Notes: generated from the sequence alone by a model not told the origin. 64,000 nt of DNA from Escherichia coli (GCF_003334255.1 NZ_QOWU01000025.1), one strand, 5' to 3'; counted from the first letter of the stretch, positions 32,261 to 43,908 are shown. A program made the numbers and translations.

Positions 32261-34513
32261 ATGTTTTCTATAAAACCAGGACCCAGAAATTTACCTATCG
32301 ACAACCCCACATTGTTATCATGGAACATTACTGACGGGGATCTAAATTCCAAATTAAATACATTAGAATATCTAAACTGTATAACAAATATTATTAATTC
32401 TTGTGGAGTTTACCCTCAAGGATTAAAAGACAGAGAAATTATATCAACTTTTCACGCAGAAAAAGTTATTAATGATCTGTTAAAAAACGATTATAAAATT
32501 TCCCTTTCTCCAGATACAACTTACCGAGAGTTGAATAAAGCAGCACAGCGTAGCATTACAGCGCCAGACAGGATAGGAGAAGAAAAAACATAGGTTTATC
32601 AACGAGATACAATGATTGAAAGAGGTGATAACAGCGGTGTTTATCAGTATGGTCGTGCTGAACATTTCACCCACATTATATCTGACAAACCTTCCCCAAA
32701 AGATAAATATGTTGCATATGCTATTAACATTCCTGACTATGAGCTGGCAGCCGATGTATATAATATTAACGTGACGTCACCTTCCGGACAGCAAGAAACA
32801 TTTAAAATATTAATCAATCTAGAACATCTACGGCAAACACTTGAGCGTAAATCTCTTACTGCTGTTCAGAAATCACAATGTGAAATCATCACCCCCAAAA
32901 AACCTGGCGAAGCGATTCTTCATGCTTTTAATGCCACCTACCAGCAGATCAGAGAAAATATGTCTGAATTTGCACGTTGCCATTATGGGTATATACAAAT
33001 CCCTCCAGTGACAACTTTCCGCGCCGACGGACCAGAAACTCCCGAAGAAGAAAAGGGTTACTGGTTTCATGCTTATCAACCCGAAGATCTTTGTACCATC
33101 CATAATCCAATGGGAGATTTGCAGGATTTTATTGCATTGGTTAAAGATGCTAAAAAATTTGGTATCGATATCATTCCTGATTATACCTTTAACTTTATGG
33201 GAATTGGGGGTAGTGGTAAAAATGACCTGGATTATCCCTCTGCTGATATACGAGCGAAGATCAGTAAAGATATAGAAGGTGGTATCCCTGGCTATTAGCA
33301 AGGTCAGGTTTTGATTCCATTCATTAAAGATCCAGTAACAAAAGAACGTAAACAAATCCATCCAGAAGATATACATCTCACTGCAAAAGACTTCGAAGCA
33401 AGTAAAGATAACATCTCTAAGGATGAATGGGAAAACCTCCATGCATTAAAAGAAAAGCGTTTAAATGGAATGCCTAAAACAACACCCAAAAGTGACCAGG
33501 TTATTATGTTGCAAAATCAATACGTTCGTGAAATGCGAAAATATGGCGTACGAGGTTTACGTTATGATGCGGCAAAACACTCAAAACATGAACAAATAGA
33601 AAGATCAATAACCCCACCGCTTAAAAATTATAATGAGCGGTTACACAATACTAACTTATTTAACCAAAAATATCATAAAAAAGCCGTTATGAATTACATG
33701 GAATATCTGGTAACTTGTCAGTTGGATGAACAACAAATGTCATCACTGCTTTATGAAAGAGATGATTTAAGCGCCATTGATTTTTCATTGCTCATGAAAA
33801 CGATAAAAGCCTTTTCATTTGGTGGAGATCTTCAAACCCTTGCATCAAAACCGGGTTCCACAATCTCAAGTATCCCATCAGAAAGACGGATATTGATTAA
33901 CATTAACCACGATTTTCCTAACAATGGTAATCTTTTCAATGACTTTCTATTTAACCATCAACAAGATGAACAATTAGCAATGGCATATATAGCCGCTCTG
34001 CCGTTCAGCAGGCCTTTAGTTTACTGGGATGGCCAAGTATTAAAATCAACGACTGAAATTAAAAATTATGATGGGTCCACGCGTGTCGGCGGTGAGGCGT
34101 AGCTTAATAAAGGTTGCTCTACCTATCAGCAGCTCTACAATGAATTCCACGCATTATATATAGATAAAGCAGGAATATGGAGCGCATTTGAGGGTGTATC
34201 TGCAACTAAAAACGTTCTGGCCTTTAGTCGTGGGGATTCTGTGAACATTAATCACTCTCCTCATGATGGACTAGTTATAATAAATAAAGGAAACGAAGAA
34301 GTTGAAGGTACCTGGCCTAACAAATTGCAACCTGGAATATACAAAAACATGGGGAGTAATAGCGTTAACATTATTATTAATAATACCCGAAAAATTATCC
34401 CCCCTGGTAAAGTATTTACGCTTAGAGGCGGAACTCTAAATATCAATATTCCTGGGCGTAGCGCTCTTCTTTTAGGGAAAACAGGAGAACCGCCGAACTA
34501 TCTCTATTTATAA
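32261..34513 (+). pseudogene. ygaQ: Alpha-amylase (GH13) family gene, 751-codon frame interrupted by three in-frame TAG codons (ygaQ-like)
   Basis: Four consecutive ORF-track ORFs (32261..32593, 32612..33298, 33311..34102, 34241..34513) are all in frame 2; I translated the three gaps and found only TAG at 32591-3, 33296-8 and 34100-2, no frameshift; GH13 region II motif GLRYDAAKH at about 33545-33580; AGAGGA RBS before the first ATG; final stop TAA. Confidence 0.8.
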
Positions 34514-34734
34514 TTTAATGTTATATCTGCCCCGATAAAACGGGGCAGATAATATGTTTAGTTTACTAACGGTCATTTTGCAGTGAAGCCATTTACTGTT
34601 TTTTATCGACCAGATAATCTGTTCTCTAATGTTAACTCCCCCTAACCTGTTGCTTTAGTTATTCATTTCCTGTCTCACTTTGCCTTAATACCCTACGTTA
34701 AATGTTACTAATTTGTTGCTTTTGATCACAATAA

Positions 34735-35826
<1,092 letters not shown>

Positions 35827-35845
35827 GCGCAAAGGAATTGAGCGG

Positions 35846-37114
35846 ATGTATGATTTTGTGATTATTGGCGGCGGCATCATCGGCATGTCGACCGCCATGC
35901 AACTGATTGATGTCTATCCGGACGCCCGCATTGCGTTGCTGGAAAAAGAGTCCGGCCCGGCCTGTCACCAGACGGGCCACAACAGCGGCGTGATCCATGC
36001 CGGGGTCTATTACACGCCCGGCAGCCTGAAGGCGCAGTTTTGCCTGGCGGGAAACCGCGCCACCAAAGCCTTTTGCGATCAAAACGGCATTCGCTACGAC
36101 AACTGCGGCAAGATGCTGGTTGCCACGTCCGATCTCGAAATGGAACGGATGCGCGCCTTATGGGAACGCACAGCGGCGAACGGTATCGAGCGCGAATGGC
36201 TTAACGCCGACGAACTGCGCGAGCGCGAACCGAATATCACCGGGCTCGGCGGCATTTTTGTGCCGTCCAGCGGCATTGTCAGCTACCGCGACGTGACGGC
36301 GGCGATGGCAAAAATCTTCCAGTCCAGAGGCGGTGAAATTATCTATAACGCCGAAGTCAGCGGGCTTAATGAGCATAAAAACGGCGTGGTGATACGTACC
36401 CGTCAGGGCGGCGAATATGAAGCATCAACGCTGATTAGCTGTTCCGGGCTGATGGCTGACCGGCTGGTGAAAATGCTCGGACTCGAACCGGGCTTTATCA
36501 TCTGCCCGTTCCGTGGCGAGTATTTCCGCCTTGCGCCGGAGCATAACCAGATTGTTAACCACCTGATTTACCCCATTCCCGACCCGGCAATGCCGTTTTT
36601 GGGCGTTCATCTCACCCGCATGATCGACGGCAGCGTGACCGTCGGGCCAAACGCGGTGCTGGCTTTCAAACGCGAAGGCTATCGCAAGCGCGACTTCTCA
36701 TTTAGCGACACGCTGGAGATTTTGGGCTCGTCGGGGATTCGCCGGGTGCTGCAAAACCATCTACGCTCAGGACTGGGCGAGATGAAAAACTCGCTGTGCA
36801 AAAGCGGCTATCTGCGGCTGGTGCAAAAGTATTGTCCCCGGCTTTCGTTAAGCGATCTCCAGCCCTGGCCCGCCGGTGTGCGGGCGCAGGCGGTATCGCC
36901 GGACGGCAAGCTGATTGACGATTTTCTGTTTGTCACCACCCCGCGCACGATCCACACCTGCAATGCGCCCTCCCCGGCAGCGACATCAGCAATTCCTATT
37001 GGTGCGCATATTGTCAGCAAGGTACAAACGCTGTTGGCAAGCCAGAGTAACCCCGGACGCACGCTGCGAGCGGCACGTAGTGTGGATGCCTTACACGCCG
37101 CATTTAATCAATAA
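35846..37114 (+). CDS. lhgO: L-2-hydroxyglutarate oxidase/dehydrogenase LhgO (YgaF), FAD-dependent (422 aa)
   Basis: ORF 35780..37114 trimmed 22 codons to MYDFVIIGGGIIGMSTAMQL... (Rossmann GxGxxG). Confidence 0.95.
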   Translation: MYDFVIIGGGIIGMSTAMQLIDVYPDARIALLEKESGPACHQTGHNSGVIHAGVYYTPGSLKAQFCLAGNRATKAFCDQNGIRYDNCGKMLVATSDLEMERMRALWERTAANGIEREWLNADELREREPNITGLGGIFVPSSGIVSYRDVTAAMAKIFQSRGGEIIYNAEVSGLNEHKNGVVIRTRQGGEYEASTLISCSGLMADRLVKMLGLEPGFIICPFRGEYFRLAPEHNQIVNHLIYPIPDPAMPFLGVHLTRMIDGSVTVGPNAVLAFKREGYRKRDFSFSDTLEILGSSGIRRVLQNHLRSGLGEMKNSLCKSGYLRLVQKYCPRLSLSDLQPWPAGVRAQAVSPDGKLIDDFLFVTTPRTIHTCNAPSPAATSAIPIGAHIVSKVQTLLASQSNPGRTLRAARSVDALHAAFNQ

Positions 37115-37136
37115 CCTTTGAAAACAGGATGTAGCG

Positions 37137-38585
37137 ATGAAACTTAACGACAGTAACTTATTCCGCCAGCAGGCGTTGATTAACGGGGAATGGCTGGACG
37201 CCAACAATGGTGAAGCCATCGACGTCACCAATCCGGCGAACGGCGACAAGCTGGGTAGCGTGCCGAAAATGGGCGCGGATGAAACCCGCGCCGCTATCGA
37301 CGCCGCCAACCGCGCCATGCCCGCCTGGCGCGCGCTCACCGCCAAAGAACGCGCCACCATTCTGCGCAACTGGTTCAATTTGATGATGGAGCATCAGGAC
37401 GATTTAGCGCGCCTGATGACCCTCGAACAGGGTAAACCACTGGCCGAAGCGAAAGGCGAAATCAGCTACGCCGCCTCCTTTATTGAGTGGTTTGCCGAAG
37501 AAGGCAAACGCATTTATGGCGACACCATTCCTGGTCATCAGGCCGATAAACGCCTAATTGTTATCAAGCAGCCGATTGGCGTCACCGCGGCTATCACGCC
37601 GTGGAACTTCCCGGCGGCGATGATTACCCGCAAAGCCGGTCCGGCGCTGGCAGCAGGCTGCACCATGGTGCTGAAGCCCGCCAGTCAGACGCCGTTCTCT
37701 GCGCTGGCGCTGGCGGAGCTGGCGATCCGCGCGGGCGTTCCGGCTGGGGTATTTAACGTGGTCACCGGTTCGGCGGGCGCGGTCGGTAACGAACTGACCA
37801 GTAACCCGCTGGTGCGCAAACTGTCGTTTACCGGTTCGACCGAAATTGGCCGCCAGTTAATGGAACAGTGCGCGAAAGACATCAAGAAAGTGTCGCTGGA
37901 GCTGGGCGGTAACGCGCCGTTTATCGTCTTTGACGATGCCGACCTCGACAAAGCCGTGGAAGGCGCGCTGGCCTCGAAATTCCGCAACGCCGGGCAAACC
38001 TGCGTCTGCGCCAACCGCCTGTATGTGCAGGACGGCGTGTATGACCGTTTTGCCGAAAAATTGCAGCAGGCAGTGAGCAAACTGCACATCGGCGACGGGC
38101 TGGATAACGGCGTCACCATCGGGCCGCTGATCGATGAAAAAGCGGTAGCAAAAGTGGAAGAGCATATTGCCGATGCGCTGGAGAAAGGCGCGCGCGTGGT
38201 TTGCGGCGGTAAAGCGCACGAACGCGGCGGCAACTTCTTCCAGCCGACCATTCTGGTGGACGTTCCGGCCAACGCCAAAGTGTCGAAAGAAGAGACGTTC
38301 GGCCCCCTCGCCCCGCTGTTCCGCTTTAAAGATGAAGCTGATGTGATTGCGCAAGCCAATGACACCGAGTTTGGCCTTGCCGCCTATTTCTACGCCCGTG
38401 ATTTAAGCCGCGTCTTCCGCGTGGGCGAAGCGCTGGAGTACGGCATCGTCGGCATCAATACCGGCATTATTTCCAATGAAGTGGCCCCGTTCGGCGGCAT
38501 CAAAGCCTCGGGTCTGGGTCGTGAAGGTTCGAAGTATGGCATCGAAGATTACTTAGAAATCAAATATATGTGCATCGGTCTTTAA
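37137..38585 (+). CDS. gabD: Succinate-semialdehyde dehydrogenase GabD (482 aa)
   Basis: ORF track protein MKLNDSNLFRQQALINGEWLDANNGEAIDVTNPANGDKLGSVPKMGADE... Confidence 0.97.
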   Translation: MKLNDSNLFRQQALINGEWLDANNGEAIDVTNPANGDKLGSVPKMGADETRAAIDAANRAMPAWRALTAKERATILRNWFNLMMEHQDDLARLMTLEQGKPLAEAKGEISYAASFIEWFAEEGKRIYGDTIPGHQADKRLIVIKQPIGVTAAITPWNFPAAMITRKAGPALAAGCTMVLKPASQTPFSALALAELAIRAGVPAGVFNVVTGSAGAVGNELTSNPLVRKLSFTGSTEIGRQLMEQCAKDIKKVSLELGGNAPFIVFDDADLDKAVEGALASKFRNAGQTCVCANRLYVQDGVYDRFAEKLQQAVSKLHIGDGLDNGVTIGPLIDEKAVAKVEEHIADALEKGARVVCGGKAHERGGNFFQPTILVDVPANAKVSKEETFGPLAPLFRFKDEADVIAQANDTEFGLAAYFYARDLSRVFRVGEALEYGIVGINTGIISNEVAPFGGIKASGLGREGSKYGIEDYLEIKYMCIGL

Positions 38586-38598
38586 CTGGAGAATGCGA

Positions 38599-39879
38599 AT
38601 GAACAGCAATAAAGAGTTAATGCAGCGCCGCAGTCAGGCGATTCCCCGTGGCGTTGGGCAAATTCACCCGATTTTCGCTGACCGCGCGGAAAACTGCCGG
38701 GTGTGGGACGTTGAAGGCCGTGAGTATCTTGATTTCGCGGGCGGGATTGCGGTGCTCAATACCGGGCACCTGCATCCGAAGGTGGTGGCCGCGGTGGAAG
38801 CGCAGTTGAAAAAACTGTCGCACACCTGCTTCCAGGTGCTGGCTTACGAGCCGTATCTGGAGCTGTGCGAGATTATGAATCAGAAGGTGCCGGGCGATTT
38901 CGCCAAGAAAACGCTGCTGGTTACGACCGGTTCCGAAGCGGTGGAAAACGCGGTAAAAATCGCCCGCGCCGCCACCAAACGTAGCGGCACCATCGCTTTT
39001 AGCGGCGCGTATCACGGGCGCACGCATTACACGCTGGCGCTGACCGGCAAGGTGAATCCGTACTCTGCGGGCATGGGGCTGATGCCGGGTCATGTTTATC
39101 GCGCGCTTTATCCTTGCCCGCTGCACGGCATAAGCGAGGATGACGCTATCGCCAGCATCCACCGGATCTTCAAAAATGATGCCGCGCCGGAAGATATCGC
39201 CGCCATCGTGATTGAGCCGGTTCAGGGCGAAGGCGGTTTCTACGCCTCGTCGCCAGCCTTTATGCAGCGTTTACGCGCTCTGTGTGACGAGCACGGGATC
39301 ATGCTGATTGCCGATGAAGTGCAGAGCGGCGCGGGGCGTACCGGCACGCTGTTTGCGATGGAGCAGATGGGCGTTGCGCCGGATCTTACCACCTTTGCGA
39401 AATCGATCGCGGGCGGCTTCCCGCTGGCGGGCGTCACCGGGCGCGCGGAAGTAATGGATGCCGTCGCTCCAGGCGGTCTGGGCGGCACCTATGCGGGTAA
39501 CCCGATTGCCTGCGTGGCTGCGCTGGAAGTGTTGAAGGTGTTTGAGCAGGAAAATCTGCTGCAAAAAGCCAACGATCTGGGGCAGAAGTTGAAAGACGGA
39601 TTGCTGGCGATAGCCGAAAAACACCCGGAGATCGGCGACGTACGCGGGCTGGGGGCGATGATCGCCATTGAGCTGTTTGAAGACGGCGATCACAACAAGC
39701 CGGACGCCAAACTCACCGCCGAGATCGTGGCTCGCGCCCGCGATAAAGGCCTGATTCTTCTCTCCTGCGGCCCGTATTACAACGTGCTGCGCATCCTTGT
39801 ACCGCTCACCATTGAAGACGCTCAGATCCGTCAGGGTCTGGAGATCATCAGCCAGTGTTTTGATGAGGCGAAGCAGTAG
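38599..39879 (+). CDS. gabT: 4-aminobutyrate aminotransferase GabT (426 aa)
   Basis: ORF 38593..39879 trimmed 2 codons to MNSNKELMQRRSQAIPRGVGQIHPIFADRAENCRVWDVEGREYLDFAGGIAVLNTGH... Confidence 0.97.
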   Translation: MNSNKELMQRRSQAIPRGVGQIHPIFADRAENCRVWDVEGREYLDFAGGIAVLNTGHLHPKVVAAVEAQLKKLSHTCFQVLAYEPYLELCEIMNQKVPGDFAKKTLLVTTGSEAVENAVKIARAATKRSGTIAFSGAYHGRTHYTLALTGKVNPYSAGMGLMPGHVYRALYPCPLHGISEDDAIASIHRIFKNDAAPEDIAAIVIEPVQGEGGFYASSPAFMQRLRALCDEHGIMLIADEVQSGAGRTGTLFAMEQMGVAPDLTTFAKSIAGGFPLAGVTGRAEVMDAVAPGGLGGTYAGNPIACVAALEVLKVFEQENLLQKANDLGQKLKDGLLAIAEKHPEIGDVRGLGAMIAIELFEDGDHNKPDAKLTAEIVARARDKGLILLSCGPYYNVLRILVPLTIEDAQIRQGLEIISQCFDEAKQ

Positions 39880-39889
39880 CGCCGCTCCT

Positions 39890-39970
39890 ATGCCGGAGGC
39901 GACGCTGCGCGTCTTGTCCGGCCTACGGGGATCCAGGTCGGATAAGGCGTTTACGCCGCATCCGACAATC
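39890..39970. repeat. REP/BIME-type extragenic palindromic repeats downstream of gabT
   Basis: gccggaggcgacgctgcgcgtcttgtccggcctac and ggataaggcgtttacgccgcatccg are typical REP-like GC-rich palindromes. Confidence 0.5.
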
Positions 39971-40116
39971 TGTACGTGAACAGGAAGAAATCTATGTTGG
40001 CCGGGTAAGGCGGAGCCGCTCTCCGGCAAAAAGAATCAATAACAATTATACGCGTGACCCGGCGCGGGAAATGTCGGGGCGCTCTCCCAAGTGACACACT
40101 TTCGAGAGGATTCAGG

Positions 40117-41517
40117 ATGGGGCAATCATCGCAACCACATGAGTTAGGCGGCGGGCTGAAGTCACGCCACGTCACCATGTTGTCTATTGCCGGTGTTATC
40201 GGCGCAAGTCTGTTTGTCGGTTCCAGCGTCGCCATCGCCGAAGCGGGCCCGGCGGTATTACTGGCCTATCTGTTCGCCGGGCTACTGGTGGTTATGATTA
40301 TGCGGATGTTGGCGGAAATGGCGGTTGCCACGCCCGATACCGGTTCGTTTTCCACCTATGCCGATAAAGCCATTGGTCGCTGGGCGGGCTATACCATCGG
40401 CTGGTTGTACTGGTGGTTTTGGGTACTGGTTATCCCGCTGGAAGCCAACATCGCCGCCATGATCCTGCACTCATGGGTTCCAGGCATTCCCATCTGGTTA
40501 TTTTCCCTCGTCATTACCCTCGCCTTAACTGGCAGTAACTTATTAAGCGTTAAAAACTACGGCGAATTTGAGTTCTGGCTGGCGCTGTGCAAAGTCATCG
40601 CTATCCTGGCCTTTATTTTCCTTGGTGCAGTCGCAATTAGCGGTTTTTACCCGTATGCCGAAGTGAGCGGGATCTCAAGATTGTGGGATAGCGGCGGCTT
40701 TATGCCCAACGGTTTCGGTGCGGTATTAAGCGCGATGTTGATCACCATGTTCTCGTTTATGGGCGCAGAAATTGTCACCATTGCCGCCGCGGAATCCGAC
40801 ACGCCGGAAAAACATATTGTCCGCGCCACCAACTCGGTTATCTGGCGTATTTCTATCTTCTATTTATGTTCTATTTTTGTCGTCGTGGCATTAATTCCGT
40901 GGAATATGCCCGGACTAAAAGCCGTCGGTTCTTATCGCTCGGTACTGGAATTGCTCAATATTCCCCATGCGAAATTAATCATGGACTGCGTGATATTACT
41001 TTCCGTAACCAGTTGCCTGAACTCGGCGCTGTATACCGCGTCAAGGATGCTCTACTCCTTAAGTCGTCGCGGTGATGCTCCCGCGGTAATGGGTAAAATC
41101 AACCGCAGTAAAACCCCGTACGTGGCGGTGTTACTCTCCACCGGCGCGGCATTCTTAACGGTGGTGGTGAACTATTACGCGCCTGCGAAGGTATTTAAAT
41201 TTCTGATCGACAGCTCCGGCGCTATCGCCCTGCTGGTTTATTTAGTCATCGCCGTTTCACAGTTGCGGATGCGCAAAATTCTGCGAGCAGAAGGAAGCGA
41301 AATTCGCTTGCGAATGTGGCTTTATCCGTGGCTCACCTGGCTAGTCATCGGCTTTATTACCTTTGTGTTGGTAGTGATGCTATTCCGTCCGGCGCAACAG
41401 TTAGAAGTGATCTCCACCGGCTTATTAGCGATAGGGATTATCTGTACCGTGCCAATTATGGCTCGCTGGAAAAAGCTGGTATTGTGGCAAAAAACACCCG
41501 TTCATAATACGCGCTGA
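40117..41517 (+). CDS. gabP: GABA permease GabP (466 aa)
   Basis: ORF 40054..41517 trimmed 21 codons to MGQSSQPHELGGGLKSRHVTMLSIAGVIGASLFVG... (APC-family). Confidence 0.95.
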   Translation: MGQSSQPHELGGGLKSRHVTMLSIAGVIGASLFVGSSVAIAEAGPAVLLAYLFAGLLVVMIMRMLAEMAVATPDTGSFSTYADKAIGRWAGYTIGWLYWWFWVLVIPLEANIAAMILHSWVPGIPIWLFSLVITLALTGSNLLSVKNYGEFEFWLALCKVIAILAFIFLGAVAISGFYPYAEVSGISRLWDSGGFMPNGFGAVLSAMLITMFSFMGAEIVTIAAAESDTPEKHIVRATNSVIWRISIFYLCSIFVVVALIPWNMPGLKAVGSYRSVLELLNIPHAKLIMDCVILLSVTSCLNSALYTASRMLYSLSRRGDAPAVMGKINRSKTPYVAVLLSTGAAFLTVVVNYYAPAKVFKFLIDSSGAIALLVYLVIAVSQLRMRKILRAEGSEIRLRMWLYPWLTWLVIGFITFVLVVMLFRPAQQLEVISTGLLAIGIICTVPIMARWKKLVLWQKTPVHNTR

Positions 41518-41537
41518 TCATGATCAGGAGTCACACC

Positions 41538-42200
41538 ATGACCATTACGTCTCTGGATGGCTATCGCTGGCTGAAGAACGATATTATTCGCGGTAATTTT
41601 CAACCGGATGAAAAATTACGAATGAGTTTGCTGACATCGCGTTATGCACTTGGCGTTGGGCCGTTACGGGAAGCTCTTTCGCAACTGGTGGCGGAACGGC
41701 TGGTCACGGTGGTGAATCAAAAAGGGTATCGGGTGGCGTCTATGTCAGAGCAGGAGCTGCTCGATATTTTCGACGCCCGCGCCAATATGGAAGCGATGTT
41801 AGTGAGTCTGGCGATTGCCCGCGGTGGCGATGAGTGGGAGGCAGACGTTCTCGCAAAAGCGCATCTGCTGAGTAAGCTTGAGGCCTGTGACGCCAGCGAG
41901 AAAATGCTTGATGAGTGGGATCTGCGTCATCAGGCGTTTCATACGGCAATTGTGGCGGGCTGTGGTTCTCACTATTTGCTGCAAATGCGTGAACGGTTGT
42001 TTGATCTGGCGGCGCGTTATCGATTTATCTGGCTGCGGCGAACGGTGCTTTCGGTGGAAATGCTGGAGGATAAACACGATCAGCACCAGACCCTGACTGC
42101 GGCGGTACTGGCGCGAGATACCGCGCGCGCCAGTGAGTTAATGCGCCAGCATTTACTGACGCCAATTCCCATTATCCAGCAGGCGATGGCTGGCAATTAA
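41538..42200 (+). CDS. csiR: GntR-family repressor CsiR / YgaE (220 aa)
   Basis: ORF 41520..42200 trimmed 6 codons to MTITSLDGYRWLKNDIIRGNFQPDEKLRMSLLTSRYALGVGPLREAL...; CAGGAG RBS 7 nt upstream. Confidence 0.93.
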   Translation: MTITSLDGYRWLKNDIIRGNFQPDEKLRMSLLTSRYALGVGPLREALSQLVAERLVTVVNQKGYRVASMSEQELLDIFDARANMEAMLVSLAIARGGDEWEADVLAKAHLLSKLEACDASEKMLDEWDLRHQAFHTAIVAGCGSHYLLQMRERLFDLAARYRFIWLRRTVLSVEMLEDKHDQHQTLTAAVLARDTARASELMRQHLLTPIPIIQQAMAGN

Positions 42201-42650
42201 CTACTCTTCCGGAATACGCAACACTTGCCCCGGATAAATTTTATCCGGGCTTTTTAGCATCGGTTTATTCGCTTCGAAGATTTTATTGTACAGATTAGCG
42301 TTACCGTAGACCTGTTTGGAAATGGCACTCAGAGTGTCGCCAGACTTAACGGTATAAAACTGGCTGGCAGTGGCTGGTGTCGCCGTTTTCACCTGATCAT
42401 CGACACTGGCAATACCGGAAATATTCCCCACCGCAACAAGGATTTTCTCCTTCGCCTCCTGACTCAGGCCGTCACCAGTGACCGTCGCTTTGCCGTCGGC
42501 AATTTGAATATTCACTTTATCGGCATCCGGTATACCGGTTTTGTTCAGATGCTCCTGCACCTTCTTCGCCTGATCGTCTTTATCGTGCTGACCTGTAACC
42601 GCGTCCCAGAGTTTTTCTCCGGCATCTTTCACAAAATTGAACAGACCCAT
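42201..42650 (-). CDS. ygaU: K+-binding BON/LysM protein Kbp / YgaU (149 aa)
   Basis: ORF 42201..42677 trimmed 9 codons to [37 protein letters not shown]... with C-terminal LysM ([31 protein letters not shown]). Confidence 0.93.
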
Positions 42651-42733
42651 AGCTACCTCATTCGTTAACGGAAACACTCAGAAAGTGTAGCAGAGGAACG
42701 CGGCGCGTTAACGCCGCGGGGATGAGCACAGGT

Positions 42734-42892
42734 TTAATCGCGGGTTTGCACCCAGAACGCGTGAATCAAACCGGGGATATACCCAAGCAGTGTCAACAGA
42801 ATATTAATAATGAACGCCCAACCGAACCCTTTACCGAGCAGCACGCCGAGCGGCGGCAGAATGATGGTGATGACGATTCTCCAGAAACCCAT
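42734..42892 (-). CDS. yqaE: Small membrane protein YqaE (52 aa, Pmp3/UPF0057 family)
   Basis: Reverse-strand ORF atgggtttctggagaatcgtcatcaccatcattctgccgccgctcggcgtgctgctcggtaaagggttcggttgggcg...gattaa = MGFWRIVITIILPPLGVLLGKGFGWAFIINILLTLLGYIPGLIHAFWVQTRD; below ORF-track size cutoff; coordinates +/-1. Confidence 0.75.
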   Translation of the reverse strand: MGFWRIVITIILPPLGVLLGKGFGWAFIINILLTLLGYIPGLIHAFWVQTRD

Positions 42893-43074
42893 ATGTACTC
42901 CCTATAAGAAAATTACTCATTGTTTAAAAAGAGATTTTATCTCTTAAGCGTAGTAATTTTAGCGGAGCCTGCCAGTTTCAGCTTACGCTTTTACTCTCAT
43001 TTACGCTGCTGAGGCTGGTATATGTTGCATTTTTAGTTTAGAGTTTACTTAATTTAGAAAATACTTAAATAAAT

Positions 43075-43374
43075 ATGACTGAACTCGCGCAATTACAGGC
43101 CAGTGCCGAACAGGCAGCGGCCTTATTGAAAGCAATGAGCCACCCTAAACGATTGCTGATTCTGTGCATGCTTAGCGGTTCCCCCGGCACCAGCGCGGGA
43201 GAGCTGACGCGCATTACCGGACTGAGTGCCTCTGCGACATCACAGCATCTCGCTCGTATGCGGGACGAAGGGCTTATCGACAGCCAACGGGATGCCCAAC
43301 GCATTCTATATTCCATTAAAAATGAGGCGGTAAATGCCATTATCGCCACCCTGAAAAATGTCTATTGTCCGTAA
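43075..43374 (+). CDS. ygaV: ArsR-family transcriptional regulator YgaV (99 aa)
   Basis: ORF track protein MTELAQLQASAEQAAALLKAMSHPKRLLILCMLSGSPGTSAGELTRITGLSASATSQHLARMRDEGLI... Confidence 0.9.
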   Translation: MTELAQLQASAEQAAALLKAMSHPKRLLILCMLSGSPGTSAGELTRITGLSASATSQHLARMRDEGLIDSQRDAQRILYSIKNEAVNAIIATLKNVYCP

Positions 43375-43383
43375 GGAGTCACT

Positions 43384-43908
43384 ATGGCTTTGACAACCAT
43401 TTCGCCGCATGATGCACAAGAATTAATCGCACGCGGCGCAAAGTTAATCGATATTCGTGATGCTGATGAATATCTTCGTGAACATATTCCTGAAGCAGAT
43501 CTGGCTCCATTATCCGTGCTGGAACAGTCAGGTCTTCCGGCTAAATTACGTCACGAGCAAATTATATTCCACTGCCAGGCAGGTAAACGCACCAGTAATA
43601 ATGCCGATAAATTAGCAGCGATTGCCGCCCCCGCAGAAATCTTTTTACTCGAAGATGGGATTGATGGCTGGAAAAAAGCAGGATTGCCAGTAGCGGTAAA
43701 TAAATCTCAACCCTTGCCGTTAATGCGCCAGGTGCAGATCGCTGCGGGTGGTTTAATATTAATCGGCGTTGTACTGGGTTATACCGTAAATAGCGGTTTC
43801 TTCTTATTAAGTGGCTTTGTTGGTGCCGGGTTACTGTTTGCAGGAATCAGCGGTTTTTGTGGAATGGCAAGGTTGTTAGATAAGATGCCGTGGAACCAAC
43901 GAGCTTGA
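43384..43908 (+). CDS. ygaP: Membrane-anchored rhodanese YgaP (174 aa)
   Basis: ORF track protein with rhodanese active-site region FHCQAGKRT and C-terminal TM helices. Confidence 0.9.

Noticed and set aside
37685-38365. 226-aa and 165-aa minus-strand ORFs inside gabD
   Set aside because: Antisense frames of a GC-rich, well-supported gabD; Ala/Ser/Pro-rich low-complexity product.
39271-40029. 252-aa minus-strand ORF antisense to gabT
   Set aside because: Shadow ORF; gabT on the plus strand is unambiguous.
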